64,000 nucleotides of DNA from Utricularia gibba (lineage: Eukaryota; Plantae; Magnoliophyta): assembly GCA_002189035.1 (NCBI GenBank), contig NEEC01000036.1:1-64000 (forward strand). Direction: 5' to 3'. Each line of letters begins with the position of its first letter. Position 1 is the first letter of the stretch. A model generated the notes under the pieces. It was given only the letters and a program-made list of their open reading frames with translations. It searched no databases and was not told where the DNA came from. The position numbers were made by a program, and so were the translations under genes. This document shows positions 19,301 through 33,300 of this stretch, in pieces.

Positions 19301-22300
19301 TGAAAACCGAACGTTAATAAGTGCATCGCTTTAGTTGCCAGGCTACAACTAACTTTCGGCCCTAACCCAACCTGACCTTTGTCCCTTCTAGGTGCCCCCC
19401 CAAGTACCGTGACACCGACACGAGAAGTTGTTCCTTGAAAAACCTTGTAGGAAGCCCCTGAAAACCGAACGTTAATAAGTGCATCGCTTTAGTTGCCAGG
19501 CTACAACTAACTTTCGGCCCTAACCCAACCTGACCTTTGTCCCGTTCTAGGTGCCCCCAAGACCGCCTCTCAAGTATAAAGTAAGTTGTTGAAAAAATCA
19601 TGTGGGGTGCACGTGACATCTTACTTTAAACAAATGCATCATTATTTTCGTCGACTCGCACCCGGTTGGGCTCATGAGCCGGACCGAACGCAGCGCCGGA
19701 CCAAGTGCCCAGTGAGAGTGGCCGACACAAAACGAGAAGTTGTTCCTTGAAAAACCTTGTAGGAAGCCCCTGAAAACCGAACGTTAATAAGTGCATCGCT
19801 TTAGTTGCCAGGCTACAACTAACTTTCGGCCCTAACCCAACCTGACCTTTGTCCCGTTCTAGGTGCCCCAAGACGCCTCCTCAAGTATAAAGTAAGTTGT
19901 TGAAAAAATCATGTGGGGTGCACGTGACATCTTACTTTAAACAAATGCATCATTATTTTCGTCGACTCGCACCCGGTTGGGCTCATGAGCCGGACCGAAC
20001 GCAGCGCCGGACCAAGTGCCCAGTGAGAGTGGCCGACACAAAACGAGAAGTTGTTCCTTGAAAAACCTTGTAGGAAGCCCCTGAAAACCGAACGTTAATA
20101 AGTGCATCGCTTTAGTTGCCAGGCTACAACTAACTTTCGGCCCTAACCCAACCTGACCTTTGTCCCGTTCTAGGTGCCCCCAAGACCGCCTCCTCAAGTA
20201 TAAAGTAAGTTGTTGAAAAAATCATGTGGGGTGCACGTGACATCTTACTTTAAACAAATGCATCATTATTTTCGTCGACTCGCACCCGGTTGGGCTCATG
20301 AGCCGGACCGAACGCAGCGCCGGACCAAGTGCCCAGTGAGAGTGGCCGACACAAAACGAGAAGTTGTTCCTTGAAAAACCTTGTAGGAAGCCCCTGAAAA
20401 CCGAACGTTAATAAGTGCATCGCTTTAGTTGCCAGGCTACAACTAACTTTCGGCCCTAACCCAACCTGACCTTTGTCCCGTTCTAGGTGCCCCCAAGACC
20501 GCCTCCTCAAGTATAAAGTAAGTTGTTGAAAAAATCATGTGGGGTGCACGTGACATCTTACTTTAAACAAATGCATCATTATTTTCGTCGACTCGCACCC
20601 GGTTGGGCTCATGAGCCGGACCGAACGCAGCGCCGGACCAAGTGCCCAGTGAGAGTGGCCGACACAAAACGAGAAGTTGTTCCTTGAAAAACCTTGTAGG
20701 AAGCCCCTGAAAACCGAACGTTAATAAGTGCATCGCTTTAGTTGCCAGGCTACAACTAACTTTCGGCCCTAACCCAACCTGACCTTTGTCCCGTTCTAGG
20801 TGCCCCCAAGACCGCCTCCTCAAGTATAAAGTAAGTTGTTGAAAAAATCATGTGGGGTGCACGTGACATCTTACTTTAAACAAATGCATCATTATTTTCG
20901 TCGACTCGCACCCGGTTGGGCTCATGAGCCGGACCGAACGCAGCGCCGGACCAAGTGCCCAGTGAGTGGCCGACACAAAACGAGAAGTTGTTCCTTGAAA
21001 AACCTTGTAGGAAGCCCCTGAAAACCGAACGTTAATAAGTGCATCGCTTTAGTTGCCAGGCTACAACTAACTTTCGGCCCTTGACCTTTGTCCCGTTCTA
21101 GGTGCCCCCAAGACCGCCTCCTCAAGTATAAAGTAAGTTGTTGAAAAAATCATGTGGGGTGCACGTGACATCTTACTTTAAACAAATGCATCATTATTTT
21201 CGTCGACTCGCACCCGGTTGGGCTCATGAGCCGGACCGAACGCAGCGCCGGACCAAGTGCCCAGTGAGAGTGGCCGACACAAAACGAGAAGTTGTTCCTT
21301 GAAAAACCTTGTAGGAAGCCCCTGAAAACCGAACGTTAATAAGTGCATCGCTTTAGTTGCCAGGCTACAACTAACTTTCGGCCCTAACCCAACCTGACCT
21401 TTGTCCCGGTTCCTCAAGGTAAGTTGTTGAAAAAATCATGTGGGGTGCACGTGACATCTTACTTTAAACAAATGCATCATTATTTTCGTCGACTCGCACC
21501 CGGTTGGGCTCATGAGCCGGACCGAACGCAGCGCCGGACCAAGTGCCCAGTGAGAGTGGCCGACACAAAACGAGAAGTTGTTCCTTGAAAAACCTTGTAG
21601 GAAGCCCCTGAAAACCGAACGTTAATAAGTGCATCGCTTTAGTTGCCAGGCTACAACTAACTTTCGGCCCTAACCCAACCTGACCTTTGTCCCGTTCTAG
21701 GTGCCCCCAAGACCGCCTCCTCAAGTATAAAGTAAGTTGTTGAAAAAATCATGTGGGGTGCACGTGACATCTTACTTTAAACAAATGCATCATTATTTTC
21801 GTCGACTCGCACCCGGTTGGGCTCATGAGCCGGACCGAACGCAGCGCCGGACCAAGTGCCCAGTGAGAGTGGCCGACACAAAACGAGAAGTTGTTCCTTG
21901 AAAAACCTTGTAGGAAGCCCCTGAAAACCGAACGTTAATAAGTGCATCGCTTTAGTTGCCAGGCTACAACTAACTTTCGGCCCTAACCCAACCTGACCTT
22001 TGTCCCGTTCTAGGTGCCCCCCAAGACCGCCTCCTCAAGTATAAAGTAAGTTGTTGAAAAAATCATGTGGGGTGCACGTGACATCTTACTTTAAACAAAT
22101 GCATCATTATTTTCGTCGACTCGCACCCGGTTGGGCTCATGAGCCGGACCGAACGCAGCGCCGGACCAAGTGCCCAGTGAGAGTGGCCGACACAAAACGA
22201 GAAGTTGTTCCTTGAAAAACCTTGTAGGAAGCCCCTGAAAACCGAACGTTAATAAGTGCATCGCTTTAGTTGCCAGGCTACAACTAACTTTCGGCCCTAA

Positions 22301-25300
22301 CCCAACCTGACCTTTGTCCCGTTCTAGGTGCCCCCCAAGACCGCCTCCTCAAGTATAAAGTAAGTTGTTGAAAAAATCATGTGGGGTGCACGTGACATCT
22401 TACTTTAAACAAATGCATCATTATTTTCGTCGACTCGCACCCGGTTGGGCTCATGAGCCGGACCGAACGCAGCGCCGGACCAAGTGCCCAGTGAGTGGCT
22501 CCTTGCCTTGTAGGAAGCCCCTGAAAACCGAACCATCGCTTTAGTTGCCAGGCTACAACTAACTTTCGGCCCTAACCCAACCTGACCTTTGTCCCGTTCT
22601 AGGTGCCCCCAAGAAAGCCATGAGTGGACTCGAACTGCCCAAGAGTGGCCTTGAGAAGTTGTTCCTTGAAAAACCTTGTAGGAAGCCCCTGAAAACCGAA
22701 CGTTAATAAGTGCATCGCTTTAGTTGCCAGGCTACAACTAACTTTCGGCCCCCAACCTGAAGGTGCCCCCCAAGACCGCCTCCTCAAGTATAAAGTAAGT
22801 TGTTGAAAAAATCATGTGGGGTGCACGTGACATCTTACTTTAAACAAATGCATCATTATTTTCGTCGACTCGCACCCGGTTGGGCTCATGAGCCGGACCG
22901 AACGCAGCGCCGGACCAAGTGCCCAGTGAGAGTGGCCGACACAAAACGAGAAGTTGTTCCTTGAAAAACCTTGTAGGAAGCCCCTGAAAACCGAACGTTA
23001 ATAAGTGCATCGCTTTAGTTGCCAGGCTACAACTAACTTTCGGCCCTAACCCAACCTGACCTTTGTCCCGTTCTAGGTGCCCCCCAAGACCGCCTCCTCA
23101 AGTATAAAGTAAGTTGTTGAAAAAATCATGTGGGGTGCACGTGACATCTTACTTTAAACAAATGCATCATTATTTTCGTCGACTCGCACCCGGTTGGGCT
23201 CATGAGCCGGACCGAACGCAGCGCCGGACCAAGTGCCCAGTGAGAGTGGCCGACACAAAACGAGAAGTTGTTCCTTGAAAAACCTTGTAGGAAGCCCCTG
23301 AAAACCGAACGTTAATAAGTGCATCGCTTTAGTTGCCAGGCTACAACTAACTTTCGGCCCTAACCCAACCTGACCTTTGTCCCGTTCTAGGTGCCCCCCA
23401 AGACCGCCTCCTCAAGTATAAAGTAAGTTGTTGAAAAAATCATGTGGGGTGCACGTGACATCTTACTTTAAACAAATGCATCATTATTTTCGTCGACTCG
23501 CACCCGGTTGGGCTCATGAGCCGGACCGAACGCAGCGCCGGACCAAGTGCCCAGTGAGAGTGGCCGACACAAAACGAGAAGTTGTTCCTTGAAAAACCTT
23601 GTAGGAAGCCCCTGAAAACCGAACGTTAATAAGTGCATCGCTTTAGTTGCCAGGCTACAACTAACTTTCGGCCCTAACCCAACCTGACCTTTGTCCCGTT
23701 CTAGGTGCCCCCAAGACCGCCTCTCAAGTATAAAGTAAGTTGTTGAAAAATCATGTGGGGTGCACGTGACATCTTACTTTAAACAAATGCATCATTATTT
23801 TCGTCGACTCGCACCCGGTTGGGCTCATGAGCCGGACCGAACGCAGCGCCGGACCAAGTGCCCAGTGAGAGTGGCCGACACAAAACGAGAAGTTGTTCCT
23901 TGAAAAACCTTGTAGGAAGCCCCTGAAAACCGAACGTTAATAAGTGCATCGCTTTAGTTGCCAGGCTACAACTAACTTTCGGCCCTAACCCAACCTGACC
24001 TTTGTCCCGTTCTAGGTGCCCCCCAAGACCGCCTCCTCAAGTATAAAGTAAGTTGTTGAAAAAATCATGTGGGGTGCACGTGACATCTTACTTTAAACAA
24101 ATGCATCATTATTTTCGTCGACTCGCACCGGTTGGGCTCATGAGCCGGACCGAACGCAGCGCCGGACCAAGTGCCCAGTGAGAGTGGCCGACACAAAACG
24201 AGAAGTTGTTCCTTGAAAAACCTTGTAGGAAGCCCCTGAAAAACCGAACGTTAATAAGTGCATCACGCTCTTAGGCCAGGCTACAAACTAACTTTCGGCC
24301 CTAACCCAACCTGACCTTTGTCCCGTTCTAGGTGCCCCCATCAAGTATAAAGTAAGTTGTTGAAAAAATCATGTGGGACTCGTGCACGTGACATACTTTA
24401 AACAAATGCATCATTATTTTCGTCGACTCGCAGGGCACTCATGAGCATCGGACCGAACCACAACGCGCCGGACCAAGTGCCCAGTGAGAGTGGCCGACAC
24501 AAAACGAGAAGTTGTTCCTTGAAAAACCTTGTAGGAAGCCCCTGAAAACCGAACGTTAATAAGTGCATCGCTTTAGTTGCCAGGCTACAACTAACTTTCG
24601 GCCCTAACCCAACCTGACCTTTGTCCCGTTCTAGGTGCCCCCAAGACCGCCTCCTCAAGTATAAAGTAAGTTGTTGAAAAAATCATGTGGGGTGCACGTG
24701 ACATCTTACTTTAAACAAATGCATCATTATTTTCGTCGACTCGCACCCGGTTGGGCTCATGAGCCGGACCGAACGCAGCGCCGGACCAAGTGCCCAGTGA
24801 GAGTGGCCGACACAAAACGAGAAGTTGTTCCTTGAAAAACCTTGTAGGAAGCCCCTGAAAACCGAACGTTAATAAGTGCATCGCTTTAGTTGCCAGGCTA
24901 CAACTAACTTTCGGCCCTAACCCAACCTGACCTTTGTCCCGTTCTAGGTGCCCCCAAGACCGCCTCCTCAAGTATAAAGTAAGTTGTTGAAAAAATCATG
25001 TGGGGTGCACGTGACATCTTACTTTAAACAAATGCATCATTATTTTCGTCGACTCGCACCCGGTTGGGCTCATGAGCCGGACCGAACGCAGCGCCGGACC
25101 AAGTGCCCAGTGAGAGTTTGTTCCTTGAAAAACCTTGTAGGAAGCCCCTCCGAACGTTAATAAGTGCATCGCTTTAGTTGCCAGGCTACAACTAACTTTC
25201 GGCCCTAACCCAACCTGAACTCTTACATGTGGGGTGCACGTGACATCTTACTTTAAACAAATGCATCATTATTTTCGTCGACTCGCACCCGGTGCCCAGT

Positions 25301-25789
25301 GAGAGTGGCCGACACAAAACGAGAAGTTGTTCCTTGAAAAACCTTGTAGGAAGCCCCTGAAAACCGAACGTTAATAAGTGCATCGCTTTAGTTGCCAGGC
25401 TACAACTAACTTTCGGCCCTAACCCAACCTGACCTTTGTCCCGTTCTAGGTGCCCCCAAGACCGCCTCCTCAAGTATAAAGTAAGTTGTTGAAAAAATCA
25501 TGTGGGGTGCACGTGACATCTTACTTTAAACAAATGCATCATTATTTTCGTCGACTCGCACCCGGTTGGGCTCATGAGCCGGACCGAACGCAGCGCCGGA
25601 CCAAGTGCCCAGTGAGAGTGGCCGACACAAAACGAGAAGTTGTTCCTTGAAAAACCTTGTAGGAAGCCCCTGAAAACCGAACGTTAATAAGTGCATCGCT
25701 TTAGTTGCCAGGCTACAACTAACTTTCGGCCCTAACCAACCTGACCTTTGTCCCGTTCTAGGTGCCTCCTCAAGACCACGTGACATCTG

Positions 25790-27380
25790 CATCCGTCGAC
25801 TCGCACCCTAGGTGCCCCTCCGCCTCCTCAAGTATAAAGTAAGTTGTTGAAAAAATCATGTGGGGTGCACGTGACATCTTGACTTTTGTTCCTTGAAAAA
25901 CCTCATTATAAGTTTCGTCGACTGAAGGTGCCCGAAAGGGCATCATGAGCCGGACCGAACGCAGCGCCGGACCAAGTGCCCAGTGAGAGTGGCCGACACA
26001 AAACGAGAAGTTGTTCCTTGAAAAACCTTGTAGGAAGCCCCTGAAAACCGAACGTTAATAAGTGCATCGCTTTAGTCATGTCGACAGGCTATGTGCCCCT
26101 TGAAAAACCTTGCCCTAACCCAACCGCTGAGGCTACAACTTTTCGTCCCGTTAGGTGCCTAAGTCCACGTTCTAGGTATAAAGTGCCCAAGTTAAAAAAA
26201 AAAGTGTTGGGTGACGTGACATGACCAAACAAATGCATCATTATTTTCGTCGACTCGCACCCGGTTGGGCTCATGAGCCGGACCGAACGCAGCGCCGGAC
26301 CAAGTGCCCAGTGAGAGTGGCCGACACAAAACGAGAAGTTGTTCCTTGAAAAACCTTGTTGTGAAAAGGCCCTAACCCAACCTGACCTTTGTCCCGGTTA
26401 ACCTTAGCATCCGCGACTCGCACCCGGTTGCTCATGACAACGGACCGAACTGCCTGAGCCGGACAGCAGCCCGGACTGAGCCAGTTGGCCGACACGTGAA
26501 AGTTTAAACCATCATGAAAACGGCCCTAACCCATACCTTTGTCCCGTTCTAGGTGCCCCCAGACCGCCTCCTCAAGTGTAAGTTGTTGAAAAAAAGTCAT
26601 GTGGGGTGACATCGCATGACACCCGGTTGGGCTCATGAGCTTTAAGAAATGCATCATTATTTTCCAGGCTACGAGAAGTTGGGCCATGAGCCGGACTCGA
26701 AAGTGCCCAGTGAAACCGACACAATGTGTTGTTCCTTGAAAAACCTTGTAGGAAGCCCCTGAAAACCGAACGTTTTAAGTGCATCGCTTTAGTTGCCAGG
26801 CTACAACTAACTTTCGGCCCTAACCCAACCTGACCTTGTTCCTCAAGTATAAAGTAAGCCATGACCGGCGGTCAAGTGCCCACTTGTTCCTTGAAAAACC
26901 TTGTAGGAAGCCCCTGAAATTGCAAATTTAGTCCAGGTGCTACATCTGAGCATCGTCGACCGGTGACCTCATCCGTTCTAACGCAGACGCCGGACCAAGT
27001 GCCCAGTGACATGTACTTGTTCCTTGAAAAACAAAAGATCATTGTTTGAACGAACTTGTCATCATGAGCCGACAACGACGCCGGCCTTGCCAAGAGACCT
27101 TTGTCCCGTTCTAGGTGCCCCCCACCGGGTGTATAAAGTTTTTTTGAAAAAATCATAGAAGGCCCTTGAAATCTTACCTTGCATCCGCGACTCGCTTGGG
27201 TTGAGCCGGACCGAAGTTGTTGAAAACAACTAACATGACCTTTGTCCCGTGTGCCGTGACATCTTACTTTAAACAAATGCATCATTATTTTCGTCGACTC
27301 GCACCCGGTTGGGCTTGAGCCGGACCGAAGTTGTTGAAAACAAGTGCCCAGGTGCAAGAGTGGCATCGACAAAAACGCAG
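25790..27380. other. Heavily scrambled stretch of the same array (about 5-6 corrupted monomers)
   Basis: It is built almost entirely of short monomer-derived words in altered order, with deletions and an expanded A-run near 26195. No foreign sequence is recognisable. Confidence 0.85.
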
Positions 27381-30300
27381 TCGAAGTTGTTCCTTGAAAA
27401 ACCTTGTAGGAAGCCCCTGAAAACCGAACGTTAATAAGTGCATCGCTTTAGTTGCCAGGCTACAACTAACTTTCGGCCCTAACCCAACCTGACCTTTGTC
27501 CCGTTCTAGGTGCCCCCCAAGACCGCCTCCTCAAGTATAAAGTAAGTTGTTGAAAAAATCATGTGGGTGCACGTGACATCTTACTTTAAACAAATGCATC
27601 ATTATTTTCGTCGACTCGCACCCGGTTGGGCTCATGAGCCGGACCGAACGCAACCAAGTGCCCAGTGAGAGTGGCCGACACAAAACGAGAAGTTGTTCCT
27701 TGAAAAACCTTGTAGGAAGCCCTGAAAACCGAACGTTAATAAGTGCATCGCTTTAGTTGCCAGGCTACAACTAACTTTCGGCCCTAACCCAACCTGACCT
27801 TTGTCCCGTTCTAGGTGCCCCCAAGACCGCCTCCTCAAGTATAAAGTAAGTTGTTGAAAAAATCATGTGCACGTGACATCTTACTTTAAACAAATGCATC
27901 ATTATTTTCGTCGACTCGCACCCGGTTGGGCTCATGAGCCGGACCGAACGCAGCGCTGCCCAGTGAGAGTGGCCGACACAAAACGACCTTGAAAAACCTT
28001 GTAGTGAAAACCGAACGTTAAGTGCATCGCTTTAGTTGCCAGGCTACAACTAACTTTCGGCCCTAACCCAACCTGACCTTAAAGTCCTCAAGTATAAAGT
28101 AAGTTGTTGAAAAAATCATGTGGGGTGCACGTGACATCGCATCATTATTTTCGTCGACTCGCATTGGGCTCATGAGCCGGACCGAACGCAGCGCCGGACC
28201 AAGTGCCCAGTGAGAGTGGCCGACACAAAACGAGAAGTTGTTCCTTGAAAAACCTTGTAGGAAGCAAAACCGAACGTTAATAAGTGCATCGCTTTAGTTG
28301 CCAGGCTACAACTAACTTTCGGCCCTAACCCAACCTGACCTTTGTCCCGTTCTAGGTGCCCCCCAAGACCGCCTCCTCAAGTATAAAGTAAGTTGTTGAA
28401 AAAATCATCACGTGAGCATCATTATTTTCGTCGACTCGCACCCGGTTGGGCTCACCGGACCGAACGCAGCGCCGGACCAAGTGCCCAGTGAGAGTGGCCG
28501 ACACAAAACGAGAAGTTGTTCCTTGAAAAACCTTGTAGGAAGCCCTGAAAACCGAACGTTAATAAGTGCATCGCTTTAGTTGCCAGGCTACAACTAACTT
28601 TCGGCCCTAACCCAACCTGACCTTTGTCCCGTTCTAGGTGCCCCCCAAGACCGCCTCCTCAAGTATAAAGTAAGTTGTTGAAAAAATCATGTGGGGTGCA
28701 CGTGACATCTTACTTTAAACAAATGCATCATTATTTTCGTCGACTCGCACCGGTTGGGCTCATGAGCCGGACCGAACGCAGCGCCGGACCAAGTGCCCAG
28801 TGAGAGTTTGTTCCTTGAAAAACCTTGTAGGAAGCCCCTGAAAACCGAACGTTAATAAGTGCATCGCTTTAGTTGCCAGGCTACAACTAACTTTCGGCCC
28901 TAACCCAACCTGACCTTTGTCCCGTTCTAGGTGCCGACCGCCTCCTCACCACGTGGTGCCAAGTGGAAGCTCCCTGAGCCGACACAAAACGAGAAGTTGT
29001 TCCTTGAAAAACCTTGTAGGAAGCCCCTGAAAACCGAACGTTAATAAGTGCATCGCTTTAGTTGCCAGGCTACAACTAACTTTCGGCCCTAACCCAACCT
29101 GACCTTTGTCCCGTTCTAGGTGCCCCCCAAGACCGCCTCCTCAAGTATAAAGTAAGTTGTTGAAAAAATCATGTGGGGTGCACGTGACATCTTACTTTAA
29201 ACAAATGCATCATTATTTTCGTCGACTCGCACCCGGTTGGGCTCATGAGCCGGACCGAACGCAGCGCCGGACCAAGTGCCCAGTGAGAGTGGCCGACACA
29301 AAACGAGAAGTTGTTCCTTGAAAAACCTTGTAGGAAGCCCCTGAAAACCGAACGTTAATAAGTGCATCGCTTTAGTTGCCAGGCTACAACTAACTTTCGG
29401 CCCTAACCCAACCTGACCTTTGTCCCGTTCTAGGTGCCCCCAAGACCGCCTCCTCAAGTATAAAGTAAGTTGTTGAAAAAATCATGTGGGGTGCACGTGA
29501 CATCTTACTTTAAACAAATGCATCATTATTTTCGTCGACTCGCACCCGGTTGGGCTCATGAGCCGGACCGAACGCAGCGCCGGACCAAGTGCCCAGTGAG
29601 AGTGGCCGACACAAAACGAGAAGTTGTTCCTTGAAAAACCTTGTAGGAAGCCCCTGAAAACCGAACGTTAATAAGTGCATCGCTTTAGTTGCCAGGCTAC
29701 AACTAACTTTCGGCCCTAACCCAACCTGACCTTTGTCCCGGTTCCTCAAGTATAAAGTAAGTTGTTGAAAAAATCATGTGGGGTGCACGTGACATCTTAC
29801 TTTAAACAAATGCATCATTATTTTCGTCGACTCGCACCCGGTTGGGCTCATGAGCCGGACCGAACGCAGCGCCGGACCAAGTGCCCAGTGAGAGTGGCCG
29901 ACACAAAACGAGAAGTTGTTCCTTGAAAAACCTTGTAGGAAGCCCCTGAAAACCGAACGTTAATAAGTGCATCGCTTTAGTTGCCAGGCTACAACTAACT
30001 TTCGGCCCTAACCCAACCTGACCTTTGTCCCGTTCTAGGTGCCCCCAAGACCGCCTCCTCAAGTATAAAGTAAGTTGTTGAAAAAATCATGTGGGGTGCA
30101 CGTGACATCTTACTTTAAACAAATGCATCATTATTTTCGTCGACTCGCACCCGGTTGGGCTCATGAGCCGGACCGAACGCAGCGCCGGACCAAGTGCCCA
30201 GTGAGAGTGGCCGACACAAAACGAGAAGTTGTTCCTTGAAAAACCTTGTAGGAAGCCCCTGAAAACCGAACGTTAATAAGTGCATCGCTTTAGTTGCCAG

Positions 30301-33300
30301 GCTACAACTAACTTTCGGCCCTAACCCAACCTGACCTTTGTCCCGTTCTAGGTGCCCCCCAAGACCGCCTCCTCAAGTATAAAGTAAGTTGTTGAAAAAA
30401 TCATGTGGGGTGCACGTGACATCTTACTTTAAACAAATGCATCATTATTTTCGTCGACTCGCACCCGGTTGGGCTCATGAGCCGGACCGAACGCAGCGCC
30501 GGACCAAGTGCCCAGTGAGAGTGGCCGACACAAAACGAGAAGTTGTTCCTTGAAAAACCTTGTAGGAAGCCCCTGAAAACCGAACGTTAATAAGTGCATC
30601 GCTTTAGTTGCCAGGCTACAACTAACTTTCGGCCCTAACCCAACCTGACCTTTGTCCCGTTCTAGGTGCCCCCAAGACCGCCTCCTCAAGTATAAAGTAA
30701 GTTGTTGAAAAAATCATGTGGGGTGCACGTGACATCTTACTTTAAACAAATGCATCATTATTTTCGTCGACTCGCACCCGGTTGGGCTCATGAGCCGGAC
30801 CGAACGCAGCGCCGGACCAAGTGCCCAGTGAGAGTGGCCGACACAAAACGAGAAGTTGTTCCTTGAAAAACCTTGTAGGAAGCCCCTGAAAACCGAACGT
30901 TAATAAGTGCATCGCTTTAGTTGCCAGGCTACAACTAACTTTCGGCCCTAACCCAACCTGACCTTTGTCCCGTTCTAGGTGCCCCCCAAGACCGCCTCCT
31001 CAAGTATAAAGTAAGTTGTTGAAAAAATCATGTGGGGTGCACGTGACATCTTACTTTAAACAAATGCATCATTATTTTCGTCGACTCGCACCCGGTTGGG
31101 CTCATGAGCCGGACCGAACGCAGCGCCGGACCAAGTGCCCAGTGAGAGTGGCCGACACAAAACGAGAAGTTGTTCCTTGAAAAACCTTGTAGGAAGCCCC
31201 TGAAAACCGAACGTTAATAAGTGCATCGCTTTAGTTGCCAGGCTACAACTAACTTTCGGCCCTAACCCAACCTGACCTTTGTCCCGTTCTAGGTGCCCCC
31301 CAAGACCGCCTCCTCAAGTATAAAGTAAGTTGTTGAAAAAATCATGTGGGGTGCACGTGACATCTTACTTTAAACAAATGCATCATTATTTTCGTCGACT
31401 CGCACCCGGTTGGGCTCATGAGCCGGACCGAACGCAGCGCCGGACCAAGTGCCCAGTGAGAGTGGCCGACACAAAACGAGAAGTTGTTCCTTGAAAAACC
31501 TTGTAGGAAGCCCCTGAAAACCGAACGTTAATAAGTGCATCGCTTTAGTTGCCAGGCTACAACTAACTTTCGGCCCTAACCCAACCTGACCTTTGTCCCG
31601 TTCTAGGTGCCCCCAAGACCGCCTCCTCAAGTATAAAGTAAGTTGTTGAAAAAATCATGTGGGGTGCACGTGACATCTTACTTTAAACAAATGCATCATT
31701 ATTTTCGTCGACTCGCACCCGGTTGGGCTCATGAGCCGGACCGAACGCAGCGCCGGACCAAGTGCCCAGTGAGAGTGGCCGACACAAAACGAGAAGTTGT
31801 TCCTTGAAAAACCTTGTAGGAAGCCCCTGAAAACCGAACGTTAATAAGTGCATCGCTTTAGTTGCCAGGCTACAACTAACTTTCGGCCCTAACCCAACCT
31901 GACCTTTGTCCCGTTCTAGGTGCCCCCAAGACCGCCTCCTCAAGTATAAAGTAAGTTGTTGAAAAAATCATGTGGGGTGCACGTGACATCTTACTTTAAA
32001 CAAATGCATCATTATTTTCGTCGACTCGCACCCGGTTGGGCTCATGAGCCGGACCGAACGCAGCGCCGGACCAAGTGCCCAGTGAGAGTGGCCGACACAA
32101 AACGAGAAGTTGTTCCTTGAAAAACCTTGTAGGAAGCCCCTGAAAACCGAACGTTAATAAGTGCATCGCTTTAGTTGCCAGGCTACAACTAACTTTCGGC
32201 CCTAACCCAACCTGACCTTTGTCCCGTTCTAGGTGCCCCCAAGACCGCCTCCTCAAGTATAAAGTAAGTTGTTGAAAAAATCATGTGGGGTGCACGTGAC
32301 ATCTTACTTTAAACAAATGCATCATTATTTTCGTCGACTCGCACCCGGTTGGGCTCATGAGCCGGACCGAACGCAGCGCCGGACCAAGTGCCCAGTGAGA
32401 GTGGCCGACACAAAACGAGAAGTTGTTCCTTGAAAAACCTTGTAGGAAGCCCCTGAAAACCGAACGTTAATAAGTGCATCGCTTTAGTTGCCAGGCTACA
32501 ACTAACTTTCGGCCCTAACCCAACCTGACCTTAATAAGTAAGCATCGCTCTTAGCATCATGTCGACAGGCTCATGAGCCGGAAACTAACGTTTCGGTCGA
32601 CTCGCAGTGACCTTGTGTCCCTGGAACCATCGCTTTAGTTGCCAGGCTACAACTAACTTTCGGCCCCCCAACCTGACCTTTGTCCTTCCTCAAGTATAAA
32701 GTAAGTTGTTGAAAAAATCATGTGGGGTGCACGTGACATCTTACTTTAAACAAATGCATCATTATTTTCGTCGACTCGCACCCGGTTGGGCTCATGAGCC
32801 GGACCGAACGCAGCGCCGGACCAAGTGCCCAGTGAGAGTGGCCGACACAAAACGAGAAGTTGTTCCTTGAAAAACCTTGTAGGAAGCCCCTGTGCATCGC
32901 TTTAGTTGCCAGGCTACAACTAACTTTCGGCCCTAACCCAACCTGACCTTTGTCCCGTTCTAGGTGCCTCCTCAAGTATAAAGTAAGTTGTTGAAAAAAT
33001 CATGTGGGGTGCACGTGACATCTTACTTTAAACAAATGCATCATTATTTTCGTCGACTCGCACCCGGTTGGGCTCATGAGCCGGACCGAACGCAGCGCCG
33101 GACCAAGTGCCCAGTGAGAGTGGCCGACACAAAACGAGAAGTTGTTCCTTGAAAAACCTTGTAGGAAGCCCCTGAAAACCGAACGTTAATAAGTGCATCG
33201 CTTTAGTTGCCAGGCTACAACTAACTTTCGGCCCTAACCCAACCTGACCTTTGTCCCGTTCTAGGTGCCCCCCAAGACCGCCTCCTCAAGTATAAAGTAA

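Noticed and set aside
26872-27372. Longer ORFs (111-166 aa) and + strand ORFs such as MLKKSCGVHV...
   Set aside because: They occur only where indels fuse frames in garbled units and are mosaics of the same repeat peptides.
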